In this document: in pieces, positions 21,296 to 32,407 of the stretch | Layout of the letters: each line of letters starts with the position of its first letter | Position numbering within the stretch: position 1 is the first letter of the stretch | Source: an uncultured Rhodoluna sp. | GTDB lineage: Bacteria; Actinomycetota; Actinomycetes; Actinomycetales; Microbacteriaceae | Length of the DNA: 64,000 nt | Direction: 5' to 3' | Assembly: GCA_964530255.1 (NCBI GenBank) | Contig: CAZGZW010000001.1 | Location: forward strand, 27,040-91,039 | Position numbers and translations under genes: made by a program | Notes under the pieces: generated by a model | Databases searched by the model: none | What the model was told of the DNA's origin: nothing | What the model saw: the letters and a program-made list of their open reading frames with translations, nothing else

Positions 21296-22546
21296 ATGAC
21301 TAAGACAACGGTGACGGCCCCCGAATTGGCCGATTTCAAAGCAGCGCTCGATAATGTTCGTGCTGTTGCTATTGAAACACCGATGTTGAGCAGCTACTTT
21401 CTAAGCGAACTTGTTGGGCAAGAAGTATTTCTCAAGGCTGAAAACCTGCAGCGAACTGGCGCCTACAAACTACGCGGTGCATACAACCGAATTAGCAAAC
21501 TAACCAAGGATGAACGCAAACGCGGAGTTGTTGCCGCATCTGCCGGTAACCACGCTCAGGGAGTAGCCCTGGCCGCAAAACGACTGGGAATCAAAGCCAC
21601 TATTTTTATGCCGGTGGGTGCTTCTCTGCCTAAGTTTCAGGCCACAACCAACTACGGCGCTGAAGTTGTTTTAGAGGGTGCCGTGTTTGCTGAAACCCTT
21701 AGGGCTGCCCAAGAGTACGCTGCTAAAAAGGGCGCAATATTCATCCCGCCTTACGATCACCTCGATGTTGTTACCGGGCAGGGCACAGTTGGTATTGAAA
21801 TCTTCGACCAGCTTCCCGATGTGCAAACCATTCTGGTTGCAATCGGAGGTGGAGGCTTAGCCGCTGGTGTAGCTGTCGCTGCAAAACTTTCGGCAAAGGC
21901 TCAGGGTAGAAAAGTCCAAATTATCGGTGTGCAAAGTGAAAATGCTGCCTCGTACGTGACTTCACTCAAGGCAGGTAGCCCCACGCAAATAGCTACCAAA
22001 CCGACCATTGCTGACGGTATTGCTGTGGCTAAGCCAGGCGCCATCCCATTTGAGTTAATCAAAAAGCACATCGACAAGGTGGTCACGGTAAACGACAGCC
22101 AGATTGCCTCTGCCATAGTTGCACTGCTTGAAAGATCGAAACAGGTGGTTGAGCCAGCCGGTGCAGTGGCAGTAGCTGCACTGATGTTTGGCAAGGTAAA
22201 GCCCAAGGGTAAAACCGTTGCTGTGCTTTCCGGAGGCAACATTGATCCACTGCTGCTGCAGAAGGTGATTGGTCACGGTCTTGAAATTGCAGAACGGGTT
22301 ACCAGTATCTCGGTAATGCTTCCAGATCGCCCTGGTCAGCTAGTTAAGACTGCAGACGCAATTGCATCTGCTCAAGGCAATGTTGTAGAGGTGCTTCACA
22401 CCAGGCACGGCAAGGGGCTTGATATCAGTGAAGTTGAGCTGCAGGTTTCAGTAGAAACTATGGGGCATGAACACCGCCAGCGGGTGTTTGCGGCTCTAAA
22501 AGCTGCGGGGTTGAAGGCTAAAAACGTCAGCGACAAACCAAATTAA
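21296..22546 (+). CDS. ilvA: threonine ammonia-lyase (short form, single ACT-like regulatory domain)
   Basis: The PLP-lysine motif GAYKLRGAYN and the motif ASAGNHAQG are present. The Gly-rich loop IGGGGL is also present. The size is 416 aa. Confidence 0.87.
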   Translation: MTKTTVTAPELADFKAALDNVRAVAIETPMLSSYFLSELVGQEVFLKAENLQRTGAYKLRGAYNRISKLTKDERKRGVVAASAGNHAQGVALAAKRLGIKATIFMPVGASLPKFQATTNYGAEVVLEGAVFAETLRAAQEYAAKKGAIFIPPYDHLDVVTGQGTVGIEIFDQLPDVQTILVAIGGGGLAAGVAVAAKLSAKAQGRKVQIIGVQSENAASYVTSLKAGSPTQIATKPTIADGIAVAKPGAIPFELIKKHIDKVVTVNDSQIASAIVALLERSKQVVEPAGAVAVAALMFGKVKPKGKTVAVLSGGNIDPLLLQKVIGHGLEIAERVTSISVMLPDRPGQLVKTADAIASAQGNVVEVLHTRHGKGLDISEVELQVSVETMGHEHRQRVFAALKAAGLKAKNVSDKPN

Positions 22547-22575
22547 TTCGCCTTTGGTGCTTGATTTGTTTCGAG

Positions 22576-23064
22576 TTACTGACCGGCGAAGTTCCTAACT
22601 TCGAGAATTTCGATCTCTCGCTCTTTGCCGTTAGGGGCGAAGAAAGTTACTTTGTCGCCGATTTTCGCGCCCTTAATTACCTGTCCGATTGGGCTGTCAG
22701 GAGAGTAAACCTCGATGTCGCTTCCTTCGGCGATTTCAGCGCTGCCCAGCAGAAACTCGAGCTCAGAACCATTCATGGTCAGTTTTACAACCATTCCCTG
22801 CTCTACAACACCGTTAGATTCGCGAACCTCTCCAACCACTGAGTTTGCCAAGATTTCTTCGAGGCGGTTGATTCGCGCTTCGATTTTGCCCTGTTCTTCT
22901 TTGGCAGCGTGGTAGCCGCCGTTTTCTTTCAAGTCTCCCTCTTCGCGAGCCTCTTGAATGCGTTTGGCAATATCGGCTCGAGCTACAGTCAGCAGGTATT
23001 CAAGCTCAGACGAGAGTCGATCGTAGGCCTCTTGGGTAAGCCAGGTAGCAGCATGTTCAGACAT
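22576..23064 (-). CDS. greA: transcription elongation factor GreA
   Basis: The coiled-coil tip motif GDLKENGGYHAAKEEQ is present. The size is 162 aa. Confidence 0.93.
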   Translation of the reverse strand: MSEHAATWLTQEAYDRLSSELEYLLTVARADIAKRIQEAREEGDLKENGGYHAAKEEQGKIEARINRLEEILANSVVGEVRESNGVVEQGMVVKLTMNGSELEFLLGSAEIAEGSDIEVYSPDSPIGQVIKGAKIGDKVTFFAPNGKEREIEILEVRNFAGQ

Positions 23065-23076
23065 AATTCGTACAGT

Positions 23077-23475
23077 TTATTTGTTCCAGCACTCTTCAAC
23101 CAAGCCGGTGACACCGGGTTTGGTCGTTGCAACGTCTACTAGAAAGGTTCCTCCGGGGTTGGGAATTTCGTATTCCCGATACCCGACGACCGAATAATCG
23201 GATGCCAGCACCTCGACCGCACAAACTGCGCCCCCGGATGAGGCAGCCGGCAGGGTTAGTGAAAATTCAACCTGTGCCGAATTCGGTGATGTTATTTGGT
23301 AACTCTTTGTTTCAGGTTTTAGGCGAGCGCTATCTTCGATGGCAAAAATTGCAGCCCAAATTAGAAAAGCAATCGTTAGAGCACTTACTGAAAACACCAG
23401 CGCAATTTTGGTCGACCGTTTTGTTGCTCGCCCAATGCCGTAGCGTTCGGAGAGCAATTCGGAAGTGTTGGTCAT
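23077..23475 (-). CDS. DUF4307 domain-containing membrane protein
   Basis: It has a single TM helix. The position directly upstream of greA is conserved in actinobacteria. Confidence 0.62.
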   Translation of the reverse strand: MTNTSELLSERYGIGRATKRSTKIALVFSVSALTIAFLIWAAIFAIEDSARLKPETKSYQITSPNSAQVEFSLTLPAASSGGAVCAVEVLASDYSVVGYREYEIPNPGGTFLVDVATTKPGVTGLVEECWNK

Positions 23476-23500
23476 GTGTTTAAGGATAGATACTTAATAC

Positions 23501-23821
23501 ATGTCTTTTTCTGTTTATTCGTTCTTGGCCGTAACGCCATCACCAGACGTCGACCCGGCAAGTACCTTCTATAGCCCCGGAGTTATTGGCTTTATTGCAA
23601 CATTCGGTGTAACTGCCGGAGCGGTCTTCATCATTTTCGATATGGTGCGACGCGTTCGAAGAGTACGCTACCGAGCAGAGATTCAGGAAAAATTGGATGC
23701 CGAAGTTTTCGTAGCTGAAAGGCAAAGAGCTGGAGATTCTTCAGCTGCTCAGGCGGCGAAGCCAAAGGTGAATAAAAAGCCAGAAAGACCTGCGCCTCCG
23801 GCTAAACCTAATCGAAGCTAG
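23501..23821 (+). CDS. hypothetical membrane protein with basic, Pro/Lys-rich tail
   Basis: One predicted TM helix (VIGFIATFGVTAGAVFIIF) is followed by an RRVRRVR stop-transfer sequence. No recognisable domain was found. Confidence 0.45.
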   Translation: MSFSVYSFLAVTPSPDVDPASTFYSPGVIGFIATFGVTAGAVFIIFDMVRRVRRVRYRAEIQEKLDAEVFVAERQRAGDSSAAQAAKPKVNKKPERPAPPAKPNRS

Positions 23822-23829
23822 ATAAGTAG

Positions 23830-24534
23830 CTAGCCGAAACTTTTTGGGGCAGGCTCTAGGCAAATTAGCAAGGTTGCTGCCCAGTGGCATAAGAAGGCCA
23901 ACACAGTGAGGCTGTGAAATATTTCGTGAAACCCAAAATGACCAGGAATAGGGTTGGGTCGTTTTAGCCCATAAATAACAGCTCCAACCGTGTAGCAAAA
24001 ACCGCCAACCAAAATCAGCGACATCATCCAGGCGTTCGCATTGAAGAAATCAACCACAAAGGCAAAAGCCCCCCAGCCCATACCTATGTAAATGGGCACG
24101 TACAGCCAGCGCGGTGCAGAGATCCAAAACACCCTAAATCCGATACCTAACAGTGCGGTAGACCAAATTATTGTCATAAGCAATACAGCTTTTTCCTGTG
24201 GCAGGGCTAGCCAGGTGATCGGTGTATAACTTCCCGCGATTAGCAAAAAAATGTTGGCATGGTCGATGCGCTTGAGTGCAATTTTGGTTCTTGGCTTCCA
24301 GTTGAAGCGGTGGTACAGAGCGGAGTTTCCGAATAGCAAGAACGAGGTTAGAAAGAAAATTCCGGCCGTAATTTTCGCCGGAACACCGTCTGCCAGCACC
24401 ACCAAAACGATTCCGCCGGCTATAACAAATGGAAGAACGCCGGTGTGTATCCAGCCGCGCCAAGTTGGTTTAGTTTCTGGCTCTCGAAAACCCGGCGAAA
24501 TGGGTAGGTGCCCGGGGAGCGGTTCGTTTTCCAT
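23830..24534 (-). CDS. hemolysin III / PAQR family channel protein
   Basis: It has seven hydrophobic segments. Conserved His motifs are present (SALYH, IDHANI, FHEIFH). Confidence 0.85.
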   Translation of the reverse strand: MENEPLPGHLPISPGFREPETKPTWRGWIHTGVLPFVIAGGIVLVVLADGVPAKITAGIFFLTSFLLFGNSALYHRFNWKPRTKIALKRIDHANIFLLIAGSYTPITWLALPQEKAVLLMTIIWSTALLGIGFRVFWISAPRWLYVPIYIGMGWGAFAFVVDFFNANAWMMSLILVGGFCYTVGAVIYGLKRPNPIPGHFGFHEIFHSLTVLAFLCHWAATLLICLEPAPKSFG

Positions 24535-24571
24535 ACAGGCCAGACTAATCTGAATTTAGTACCCTTATCGA

Positions 24572-25333
24572 ATGCGTAATTTTCTCTACCGAATCTACGA
24601 GCGTTCGATTCGGGCTGAACTGGAGAATGCAGACCTGCCTAAGCACGTTGCCGTAATGCTCGACGGAAATCGCCGTTGGGCCGAGCGGAGACCAGGGGCA
24701 AAGGCTGCCCATGGTCACGCGGCCGGTGCTCTAAAAATTCAAGAATTCTTGAGTTGGTGCGATGAAATCGGCATTGGCTACATCACCCTGTACATGCTTT
24801 CCACTGATAATTTGCAAAAACGTGACAGTCAAGAACTGACTCAACTTCTGAAAATAATTGGTGAAGTTGCGAGCCAACTGGCTCTACTTAAGCGCTGGCG
24901 GCTTCGGCTGGTCGGAAATCCAGATTTGCTACCTAAAGAACTGTTGGCACAACTTCGAAAGGTTGAAAAAGCGACCAAAAACGTCTCTGGGCCTTGGGTA
25001 AACCTTGCCATCGGTTACGGAGGGCGACAGGAAATTGCTGACGCAGTTCGCAAAATTTTGCAAAAGCATAGCGACCAGGGTGCCAGCATTGAAGATTTGG
25101 TCGCCGGCCTCACCGAAGAGCACATCACTGAGCATCTCTATACCACTGGGCAACCTGATCCAGATTTGATCATCAGAACTTCAGGAGAACAGCGCCTATC
25201 GGGCTTTTTACTATGGCAAAGCAGTAACGCAGAGCTTTACTTTGAGGAAGCGCTTTGGCCAGACTTTAGAAAAGTTGATTTCTTCCGAGCTTTGAGAGCC
25301 TATTCTCGGCGCCACCGCCGTTACGGCGCCTAG
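24572..25333 (+). CDS. uppS: isoprenyl transferase (Z-prenyl / undecaprenyl diphosphate synthase family)
   Basis: The cis-prenyltransferase motif MLDGNRRWA and the motif RTSGEQRLSGFLLWQ are present. Confidence 0.92.
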   Translation: MRNFLYRIYERSIRAELENADLPKHVAVMLDGNRRWAERRPGAKAAHGHAAGALKIQEFLSWCDEIGIGYITLYMLSTDNLQKRDSQELTQLLKIIGEVASQLALLKRWRLRLVGNPDLLPKELLAQLRKVEKATKNVSGPWVNLAIGYGGRQEIADAVRKILQKHSDQGASIEDLVAGLTEEHITEHLYTTGQPDPDLIIRTSGEQRLSGFLLWQSSNAELYFEEALWPDFRKVDFFRALRAYSRRHRRYGA

Positions 25334-25444
25334 GCGGCATCCAAAATTAACGCTTGGCAACAAAAACTTCTTTCGGGCGTGTCATTTTATTTTTAGTCGC
25401 TGCACAGGCGTAATCTGCCGCTAAGCCCAAATAAAGGAGCTTTG

Positions 25445-26773
25445 GTGGCTAAGTCGGAAACTAGTACAACTAAAAGAACTTTGACTGCAAAACAGGCAAC
25501 GAAAACTTACGTTTTGGACACCTCGGTTTTGCTATCCGACCCGAAAGCGATATTTAAGTTCAAAGAACAAGAAGTTGTAATTCCAATCATCGTCATCAAC
25601 GAGCTTGAAAAGAAGCGTCACGATCCTGAGATTGGTTATTACGCCCGCCAGGCCCTGCGGCACCTAGATGATTTGCGCATCGAGCATGAGCGACTCGATT
25701 TTCCAATGCAGGTTGGCGATGGAGGTATTCTTCGGGTCGAGTTAAACCACATTGACCAATCGGTGCTGCCGGCCGGTTTTCAATTGGGTGACAATGACAG
25801 CCGCATTTTGGCATGTGCGTTTAACCTCGCTTCAGAGGGTTCGAACGTCACCGTGGTATCAAAAGATTTACCCATGCGAGTCAAAGCGTCAGCTTTGGGC
25901 ATGGCAGCCGAAGAGTATCGAAACGATCAGGTTGTCGACTCAGGATGGACGGGCACAGCCGAAATCTCACTAACGGCCGATGAAATCTCCGATCTCTATG
26001 ACACTGAAATAATCAAGCACAAGGCTGTGACAGATCTACCGGTTAACACAGGGCTAATTATTAGTTCAGAACGCGGGCATGCACTTGGTCGGGTTCAGCG
26101 CGGCGGCAAAATTCGATTGGTGCGCGGTGATCGCGATGCATTCGGAATTCATGGTCGTTCTGCCGAACAGCGACTAGCGCTCGATGTTTTGCTCGACTCT
26201 GATGTGGGCATTGTTTCGCTTGGAGGTAGGGCAGGAACTGGAAAATCTGCGATGGCTCTATGTGCGGCGCTTGAGGCCGTTTTGGAACGTCGAGCACATA
26301 AAAAAATTATTGTCTTCCGCCCAATTTTTGCCGTCGGCGGTCAAGAACTGGGTTACCTTCCCGGTGGGGAAAACGAGAAGATGAACCCTTGGGGTCAGGC
26401 GATATTTGACACTCTGGGAGCTCTGGTATCAAAGGAGGTCATTGAGCATATTGTCGATCGTGGAATTCTAGAGATTCTTCCGCTGACCCACATCAGAGGT
26501 AGGTCTCTTCACGATGCCTTCGTGATTGTTGACGAAGCCCAATCGTTGGAAAGAAATGTTTTGCTCACTGTGCTGTCAAGAATTGGCCAGAATGCCAAGG
26601 TGGTTCTGACTCACGATGTGGCACAGCGTGACAACCTTAGAGTCGGTCGTCACGACGGAATTGCGGCCGTGGTCGAGAGTCTCAAGGGTCACGACCTGTT
26701 TGCGCACATCACCCTGACCAGGTCTGAGCGCTCAGCGATTTCTGCTTTGGTCACAGACCTTCTAGACAGCTAG
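25445..26773 (+). CDS. PhoH2-type protein (N-terminal PIN domain fused to PhoH ATPase)
   Basis: The PIN start YVLDTSVLL and a Walker A (GRAGTGKS) are present. A DEAQ-like Walker B (VDEAQS) is also present. GTG 25445 lies 5 nt after AAGGAG; TTG 25442 is an alternative start. Confidence 0.87.
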   Translation: MAKSETSTTKRTLTAKQATKTYVLDTSVLLSDPKAIFKFKEQEVVIPIIVINELEKKRHDPEIGYYARQALRHLDDLRIEHERLDFPMQVGDGGILRVELNHIDQSVLPAGFQLGDNDSRILACAFNLASEGSNVTVVSKDLPMRVKASALGMAAEEYRNDQVVDSGWTGTAEISLTADEISDLYDTEIIKHKAVTDLPVNTGLIISSERGHALGRVQRGGKIRLVRGDRDAFGIHGRSAEQRLALDVLLDSDVGIVSLGGRAGTGKSAMALCAALEAVLERRAHKKIIVFRPIFAVGGQELGYLPGGENEKMNPWGQAIFDTLGALVSKEVIEHIVDRGILEILPLTHIRGRSLHDAFVIVDEAQSLERNVLLTVLSRIGQNAKVVLTHDVAQRDNLRVGRHDGIAAVVESLKGHDLFAHITLTRSERSAISALVTDLLDS

Positions 26774-26825
26774 CGAACTGTGGAAAACTCAGGCGGAGTC
26801 GCCTGAAAATATCTAGCCTGCTTAG

Positions 26826-27362
26826 GTGCTCCTAGAACTTTTAGCTTGGTTAGGCCCTGCCTATTTGGCGTCGGTCACGCTGCCACTGGCAATTATTGAT
26901 CTGCGGCAACACAGGTTGCCAAATCGATTGGTGCTGCCCGGTTTCCCGATTACCCTCGCCGGGCAAATCATGGCTTCGTTGAGTTCGGGCCACATCCAGC
27001 TCGTGGTAGCGATGATTGTTGCGCTAGCAACTTTCGGGCTGTCACTGGTCGCAAATCGCTACCTGGGTCTAGGCATGGGAGATGTGAAACTGGTGACCCT
27101 GATGGCGCTGGCACTCAGCTGGTTCGAACCTATCCTGATTGCGGTTGCTATATTTCTGGCTTCCATGGCGGCAGGAATTGTGGTTTCACTTAGGCTGCTC
27201 TACAAAAAAGCAGGCATGAGACAGAAAATAGCTCTGGGCCCATACCTGCTTCTTGGGTTTTTAGTCTGTTTACCCTTGGCCTATAGCCCTGGGCTGGTCA
27301 TCGACAACACATTGAGAGCCTTGTCTAGCTGCTCCATGGTTAGTTTCTCTCCATCAACATAG
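26826..27362 (+). CDS. A24 family prepilin peptidase (short CpaA/TadV-like form)
   Basis: The protein is polytopic. Two Asp motifs are present ([18 protein letters not shown]). Its 3' end overlaps the fumC 3' end by 82 nt. Confidence 0.68.
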   Translation: MLLELLAWLGPAYLASVTLPLAIIDLRQHRLPNRLVLPGFPITLAGQIMASLSSGHIQLVVAMIVALATFGLSLVANRYLGLGMGDVKLVTLMALALSWFEPILIAVAIFLASMAAGIVVSLRLLYKKAGMRQKIALGPYLLLGFLVCLPLAYSPGLVIDNTLRALSSCSMVSFSPST

Positions 27363-28669
27363 CCGAGAGCAATTGTTGCCTCGCGCACGGTCATTGAGTT
27401 AGCCACAGAGTGCTTTGCAATCTTGGCAGCAGCCTCGTAACCAATGTATTTATTCAGCGGGGTCACGATTGACGGGCTCGACTCGGCAAGTGCACGTGCC
27501 CGTGACTCGTTAGCCTCTAGGCCCACAACAGTTTTATCGGCAAGTAGACGCATTGAGTTTGACAGCAGACGGATGGATTCGAGCAGTGCGTTTCCCATGA
27601 CCGGAATTGCCACATTCAGCTCAAAATTACCCGATGCACCGGCCCAAGCTGTTGTCGCGTCGTTTCCAATAACCCGAGCGCAAACCATCATGACTGCCTC
27701 TGGAACCACCGGGTTAACTTTGCCAGGCATGATCGACGAACCAGGCTGTAGGTCAGGGATGTGCAGTTCGGCTAGACCAGCGTTTGGGCCTGAGCCCATC
27801 CAACGTAGGTCATTGTTGATCTTGGTGAGGCTAACGGCAAGTACTCTCAATGCGCCTGATGCCTCGACAAGGGCATCACGAGCTCCCTGTGCCTCGAAAT
27901 GGTCACGAGCCTCGGTGATCGGCAGCTTGGTTTCTTCGGCAAGCAGGCGAATTACCTCCTGAGGGAAGCCCTTAGGGGTGTTAATACCGGTGCCTACTGC
28001 AGTGCCGCCCAGTGGAACTTCGGCCACTCGAGAGATCGTTGCTTCAACGCGTTCAATGGCATAGCGAATCTGAGCAGCATAGCCGCCAAACTCTTGCCCC
28101 AGGGTCACCGGAGTGGCATCCATCAGGTGTGTTCTTCCCGCCTTGACCACGTTTTTCCATAGATCACGCTTTGCCTCAAGTGCGACCGCCAAGTAGTCAA
28201 GTGCCGGAAGCAGATCATTGATTAGTGCTGCGGTAACTGCCACGTGCACCGAGGTTGGAAATACGTCATTTGAAGACTGTGATGCGTTCACATGATCATT
28301 TGGGTGAACATTTGAACCGAGTTTTGCCGTTGCCAGAGTTGCCAGGACCTCGTTCATGTTCATGTTCGAAGAAGTTCCAGAACCGGTCTGGAAAATATCA
28401 ACCGGAAATTCGCCGTCGTGGTTTCCGGCTGCAACCTCATCGGCAGACGCTGCGATCGCGTTGGCGATCTCGGCACTGAGAACTCCAAGCTTCTGGTTTG
28501 CAAGCGCAGCGGCTTTCTTGATTCTGGCTAGCGCAGCGATGTGTTCGCGCTCCAGGGTGGTTCCTGAAATCGGAAAGTTCTCGACTGCACGCTGGGTTTG
28601 AGCGCGATAGAGAGCGTTCACAGGAACTTTCACTTCACCCATGGTGTCGTGTTCAATACGGTATTCCAC
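27281..28669 (-). CDS. fumC: class II fumarate hydratase
   Basis: The signature [11 protein letters not shown] is present. The size is 462 aa. Confidence 0.95.
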   Translation of the reverse strand: MEYRIEHDTMGEVKVPVNALYRAQTQRAVENFPISGTTLEREHIAALARIKKAAALANQKLGVLSAEIANAIAASADEVAAGNHDGEFPVDIFQTGSGTSSNMNMNEVLATLATAKLGSNVHPNDHVNASQSSNDVFPTSVHVAVTAALINDLLPALDYLAVALEAKRDLWKNVVKAGRTHLMDATPVTLGQEFGGYAAQIRYAIERVEATISRVAEVPLGGTAVGTGINTPKGFPQEVIRLLAEETKLPITEARDHFEAQGARDALVEASGALRVLAVSLTKINNDLRWMGSGPNAGLAELHIPDLQPGSSIMPGKVNPVVPEAVMMVCARVIGNDATTAWAGASGNFELNVAIPVMGNALLESIRLLSNSMRLLADKTVVGLEANESRARALAESSPSIVTPLNKYIGYEAAAKIAKHSVANSMTVREATIALGYVDGEKLTMEQLDKALNVLSMTSPGL

Positions 28670-28674
28670 TGAAT

Positions 28675-29313
28675 TTACCTTTCGGTTGTTTCGACATTTC
28701 CGACAATTACAATCGGATGGATTTCTCCCAGAGCTAGCCGATAGTTGGCCCCAACAACCGCCAATTTACCGCTTTTCACGGCATTTGCGATTAGTTGGCT
28801 ACGGGTGAGAAGTTCGTTTATGGTGTCTTGAACGTGAAGTTCAGTTACATCATCGATGGCAAATTTTCCCTGCCGGTTTGCTGCTTCAACCGTCGGACGA
28901 ATGCGCTCTACCAAATTGTGGATGAATTCACCTTCGGTTTTCAGCTTTCCCTCCGTGAGATCCATGGTTGCCCTTACCGCTCCACACTCGTCGTGGCCCA
29001 ATACCAAGATCAGTGGAACAGAGAGAACCTCTACGGCATACTCAAGCGAGCCAAGGATGGTTTCGGCAATAACCTGGCCAGCATTTCTAACCACGAATAG
29101 GTCGCCCAGGCCGACGTCAAAAATAATTTCTGCTGAAAGCCTCGAGTCGGCACAGCCAAACAGTGCCGCAAAAGGCTTCTGCCCGGCAGCTAGATCTTCG
29201 CGGTGATCGATGTCTTGTCTTGGATGTGCTGGGCTACCGGTAACAAACCTTTTGTTTCCGGCCTCAATGGCTTTCCACGCCTCCGCCGGAGTCTGTGGCC
29301 TGGAGTCACTCAT
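28675..29313 (-). CDS. beta-class carbonic anhydrase
   Basis: The zinc ligand motifs CADSR and HDECGA are present. Confidence 0.87.
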   Translation of the reverse strand: MSDSRPQTPAEAWKAIEAGNKRFVTGSPAHPRQDIDHREDLAAGQKPFAALFGCADSRLSAEIIFDVGLGDLFVVRNAGQVIAETILGSLEYAVEVLSVPLILVLGHDECGAVRATMDLTEGKLKTEGEFIHNLVERIRPTVEAANRQGKFAIDDVTELHVQDTINELLTRSQLIANAVKSGKLAVVGANYRLALGEIHPIVIVGNVETTER

Positions 29314-29860
29314 TGCCGAACTCTGCTTCGATCTGAGCCGCGATTTCCGCGAATTCAGTAGGTTCAGCTGTTCCCTCTAAGACGAACGCCTGGTTTGCAA
29401 ACTCGATCGTCCAGATGGTTGGGTCACCTTTTTGGTTTGGCGCCAGTCGCCACTTTATCCAATTTTCTGCAATTTCAGGGGCCTGGCCATCAGGCTGGTA
29501 GTTGGTGGTTTGCAATGCCAACCAGGTTGGATTGTGGTCGAAAGCCTGGGTTACCCCAATGAACTGGTTTTTACCGCCAACCAAGCCCAAATACCAGGTG
29601 GCTACTGAATCGGCACCTTTGCTCCAACGGGCTGCGTTTGACCACCATCCGTTTTCTAGGTTTGGCTCGAAAAGGTTTTTTGCAGAGCTCGCTTCCGCGC
29701 CTCTCGCAACTGCAACATAGTCAACTTTTTTATGTCTTGGGGTATCGTCTCTGGGCACAATCAAAACTAAGACCAACACAAACCCTAGGCAGGCGATGAG
29801 GGAAAGTACCAGGTTGTTGATAGTTTGCTTTGCTCGTCGCTTCGCAGCCGCGTCGCTCAT
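29306..29860 (-). CDS. DUF4245 domain-containing protein
   Basis: It has a single TM helix followed by a soluble domain. ATG 29860 overlaps the xseB stop (ATGA). The longer ORF start at 29920 lies inside xseB. Confidence 0.6.
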   Translation of the reverse strand: MSDAAAKRRAKQTINNLVLSLIACLGFVLVLVLIVPRDDTPRHKKVDYVAVARGAEASSAKNLFEPNLENGWWSNAARWSKGADSVATWYLGLVGGKNQFIGVTQAFDHNPTWLALQTTNYQPDGQAPEIAENWIKWRLAPNQKGDPTIWTIEFANQAFVLEGTAEPTEFAEIAAQIEAEFGNE

Positions 29861-30087
29861 TCGGCAGCCTGTTTCTTGGCTAGTGCAGCATCTAATTTTT
29901 GTCTGGCCCCGGTAAGCCATGATTCACAGTGTTCGGCTAATGCCTCACCGCGTTCCCAGAGCGCCAGAGAGGCTTCGAGCGTGGCGGCACCCTGCTCAAG
30001 CTCGGTAACGACTTTGACAAGCTCGTCGCGGGCTTGCTCGTATGAAAGCTTGGCGATATCGCTGTTGGTTGATTTTTCGGCGGCCAT
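29857..30087 (-). CDS. xseB: exodeoxyribonuclease VII small subunit
   Basis: The 76-aa helical protein has the motif [16 protein letters not shown]. It lies downstream of xseA. Confidence 0.85.
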   Translation of the reverse strand: MAAEKSTNSDIAKLSYEQARDELVKVVTELEQGAATLEASLALWERGEALAEHCESWLTGARQKLDAALAKKQAAE

Positions 30088-30104
30088 TATTTTCCTATTT
30101 TAAG

Positions 30105-31322
30105 TCAGTCGGCAGTGATTGAGAGTTCGCCCACTGCTAGCTTCGCTTTCAGTTTGGTGCCGGCGGCGACCTTTGTTGAGTCAGTTACTACTGCACCGGT
30201 TGAATCTTGGATTATTGAGTAGCCACGATCAAGTGTTGACTGGGGCGATAGTGACCGAACCTGTTGTCTGAGATGCCCAACTTCAAGTTTCGCTTTTTCA
30301 ACCTGATTCGAAAATCTATTGCGCAGGCGGTCAAGCTGAGTGGCGAGCTCGACGGTAAGTATTTCGACGAAACCATAGGGGTTAGCCAGCATTGGCCTGG
30401 ACCTTATTTGTGAAATTAACTCAGTTTGTGCTCTCAAATAGGCATCAACTCGGCCAATCGCTCGATCGCTCAACTGCCTCAGCATCGCCAGTTCTTCAGC
30501 AACATCGGGTACAACCTTTTTACCCGCGTCAGTTGGAGTAACCGCCCGCCAATCTGCAACATCATCTAGCAGTGGCCGATCATTTTCATGGCCGATGGCT
30601 GAAATTATGGGTGTTTTGGCGGCGGCTGCGGCGCGAACCAAGCCCTCATCGCTAAAGACCAATAGGTCTAGAAACGCACCTCCACCGCGGGCAATGATGA
30701 TGACATCTACCTCGGGGTCATCATCGAGTTGCCGAATTGCCTGGATGATTTCTGGTGCAGCTTTGTCTCCCTGAACCAGCGTGTGAATAGACTTGAAGCG
30801 AGCATTCGGGTAGCGGGCTAAAGCATTTTTCAGCACATCTTTTTCTGCATCTGAATCTTTTCCGGTGATCAAGCCGATGCAATTGGGCAAAAAAGGCAGC
30901 TGTTGCTTTCTATCTATTGCGGTAAGCCCCTCTGCAACCAGCTGTGCTCGAAGCCGCTCGATACGTTCCAGAAGTTCTCCTAGGCCAACCTTGCGCATTT
31001 CAACCACCCGCATGGTGAGTTTTCCGCCTTTTGGCCAAAAGTCTGGCTTGATGAGAGCAACCACCCGGTCGCCCTGCCTCAAATCTTTTGCAATTTTGCT
31101 CAGCTCCCAGGCGTGAATCGAGACACTATTCTCTTGCTGCAGATCTCTTAGCTCACCAAACATGTTGGTTGGGCCAATTTTTATTTGCGCTAACTCACCT
31201 TCGACCCAAAGAAATCCGAGTCGCTGTATCCACTCTTTTAGAGTCGACGAAAGACGAGAGACAGGCCATGGGTTTTCACCAGTGGAAACTCTAGATTCGG
31301 CTGCGAAAATGTCGTCGTCCAT
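30105..31322 (-). CDS. xseA: exodeoxyribonuclease VII large subunit
   Basis: An N-terminal OB fold, a catalytic domain (RGGGAFLDL) and a C-terminal coiled coil are present. ATG 31322 is preceded by GGAGG at 4 nt. Confidence 0.9.
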   Translation of the reverse strand: MDDDIFAAESRVSTGENPWPVSRLSSTLKEWIQRLGFLWVEGELAQIKIGPTNMFGELRDLQQENSVSIHAWELSKIAKDLRQGDRVVALIKPDFWPKGGKLTMRVVEMRKVGLGELLERIERLRAQLVAEGLTAIDRKQQLPFLPNCIGLITGKDSDAEKDVLKNALARYPNARFKSIHTLVQGDKAAPEIIQAIRQLDDDPEVDVIIIARGGGAFLDLLVFSDEGLVRAAAAAKTPIISAIGHENDRPLLDDVADWRAVTPTDAGKKVVPDVAEELAMLRQLSDRAIGRVDAYLRAQTELISQIRSRPMLANPYGFVEILTVELATQLDRLRNRFSNQVEKAKLEVGHLRQQVRSLSPQSTLDRGYSIIQDSTGAVVTDSTKVAAGTKLKAKLAVGELSITAD

Positions 31323-31377
31323 TTCGCCTCCGTAATCGCCACCACAATCCGTCAATTCAGGTGTTTATCATTGAGGG

Positions 31378-32397
31378 GTGACTGACATCAAGAATACCTT
31401 CTCGCCTTCCGCTGAGAGCTCTAAAAAGCGAGTTCTACTCGCTTCGCCGAGAGGTTACTGTGCCGGAGTAGACCGCGCGGTTATCGCTGTTGAAAAAGCG
31501 CTAGACCACTACGGTGCTCCGGTTTACGTGCGTAAGCAAATAGTGCACAACAAACATGTGGTTAGCACCCTAGAAAAACGCGGCGCTATTTTTGTGGACG
31601 AGGTTGATGAAGTGCCAGAAGGCTCGATTTTAGTTTTCTCGGCGCACGGCGTTTCGCCAGCCGTGGTAGCTGCCGCTGCAGCCCGTGGCCTCAACACCAT
31701 CGATGCGACCTGCCCACTGGTAACTAAGGTTCACCGAGAAGTTCAAAGATTCGCGCAGGAAGATTACGACATTTTGCTTATCGGCCACGAGGGTCATGAG
31801 GAGGTTGAGGGAACCGCTGGGGAGGCCCCAGATAAGGTTCAGTTGGTCGACGGATTAGACGGCGTCAACAAAGTCAAAATCAAAGACCCGAGTAAGGTGA
31901 TTTGGCTGTCTCAGACCACTCTTTCGGTTGATGAGACCATGGAAACAGTGCTGCTACTTCGGGAAAAATATCCAACTCTGCAAAATCCACCCTCGGATGA
32001 CATTTGCTATGCAACTCAAAATCGCCAGGTGGCAATCAAGAAAGTCGGGCGCGAGGCAGATTTGGTGCTGGTGGTAGGGTCGGCAAACTCTTCAAACACT
32101 GTGCGCTTAGTTGAAGTAGCTCTAGAAGCTGGAGCAAAGGCCGCCTATCGAATTGATTTTGCCTCTGAGATTCAACCTGCCTGGTTTGAGGGTGTTGAAA
32201 CGGTTGGGGTTTCGTCGGGCGCCTCCGTGCCTGAAGAATTGGTGGAAGAGGTTCTTGATTACCTTGCCAGGCACGAATACGGAAATGTGCAATTGGTGCA
32301 GACTGCAGAAGAAGATGTCCAATTTTCACTGCCAAAAGAACTTCGTAAAGATCTAAAAGCGGCGGGTGAAGACACCAGCAACAAAGCCAAGCGCTGA
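31378..32397 (+). CDS. ispH: 4-hydroxy-3-methylbut-2-enyl diphosphate reductase
   Basis: The three cluster cysteines are present in the contexts GYCAGV, DATCPLV and [10 protein letters not shown]. Confidence 0.93.
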   Translation: MTDIKNTFSPSAESSKKRVLLASPRGYCAGVDRAVIAVEKALDHYGAPVYVRKQIVHNKHVVSTLEKRGAIFVDEVDEVPEGSILVFSAHGVSPAVVAAAAARGLNTIDATCPLVTKVHREVQRFAQEDYDILLIGHEGHEEVEGTAGEAPDKVQLVDGLDGVNKVKIKDPSKVIWLSQTTLSVDETMETVLLLREKYPTLQNPPSDDICYATQNRQVAIKKVGREADLVLVVGSANSSNTVRLVEVALEAGAKAAYRIDFASEIQPAWFEGVETVGVSSGASVPEELVEEVLDYLARHEYGNVQLVQTAEEDVQFSLPKELRKDLKAAGEDTSNKAKR

Positions 32398-32407
32398 CTC
32401 TCAAATT

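Noticed and set aside
26789-26806. A hairpin, TCAGGCG-GAGT-CGCCTGA, downstream of phoH2, considered as a terminator.
   Set aside because: The 7-bp stem is followed by an A-rich tract rather than a T-rich one. It is not convincing as an intrinsic terminator, so I left it uncalled.
27444-27962. Long antisense or alternate-frame ORFs inside well-supported genes. Examples: 27444-27962 in fumC, 34945-35505 in the pfkB-family gene, 57132-57674 opposite the CNNM gene, 56498-56989 and 53415-53750 in kgd, 8191-8664 in prs, 20367-20816 in htpX, and 41369-41818 in the DUF1761 gene.
   Set aside because: Their low-complexity Ser/Arg/Pro/Ala-rich translations have no motifs. Each is fully embedded in a gene with clear family signatures. 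They are expected by chance in stop-poor frames.
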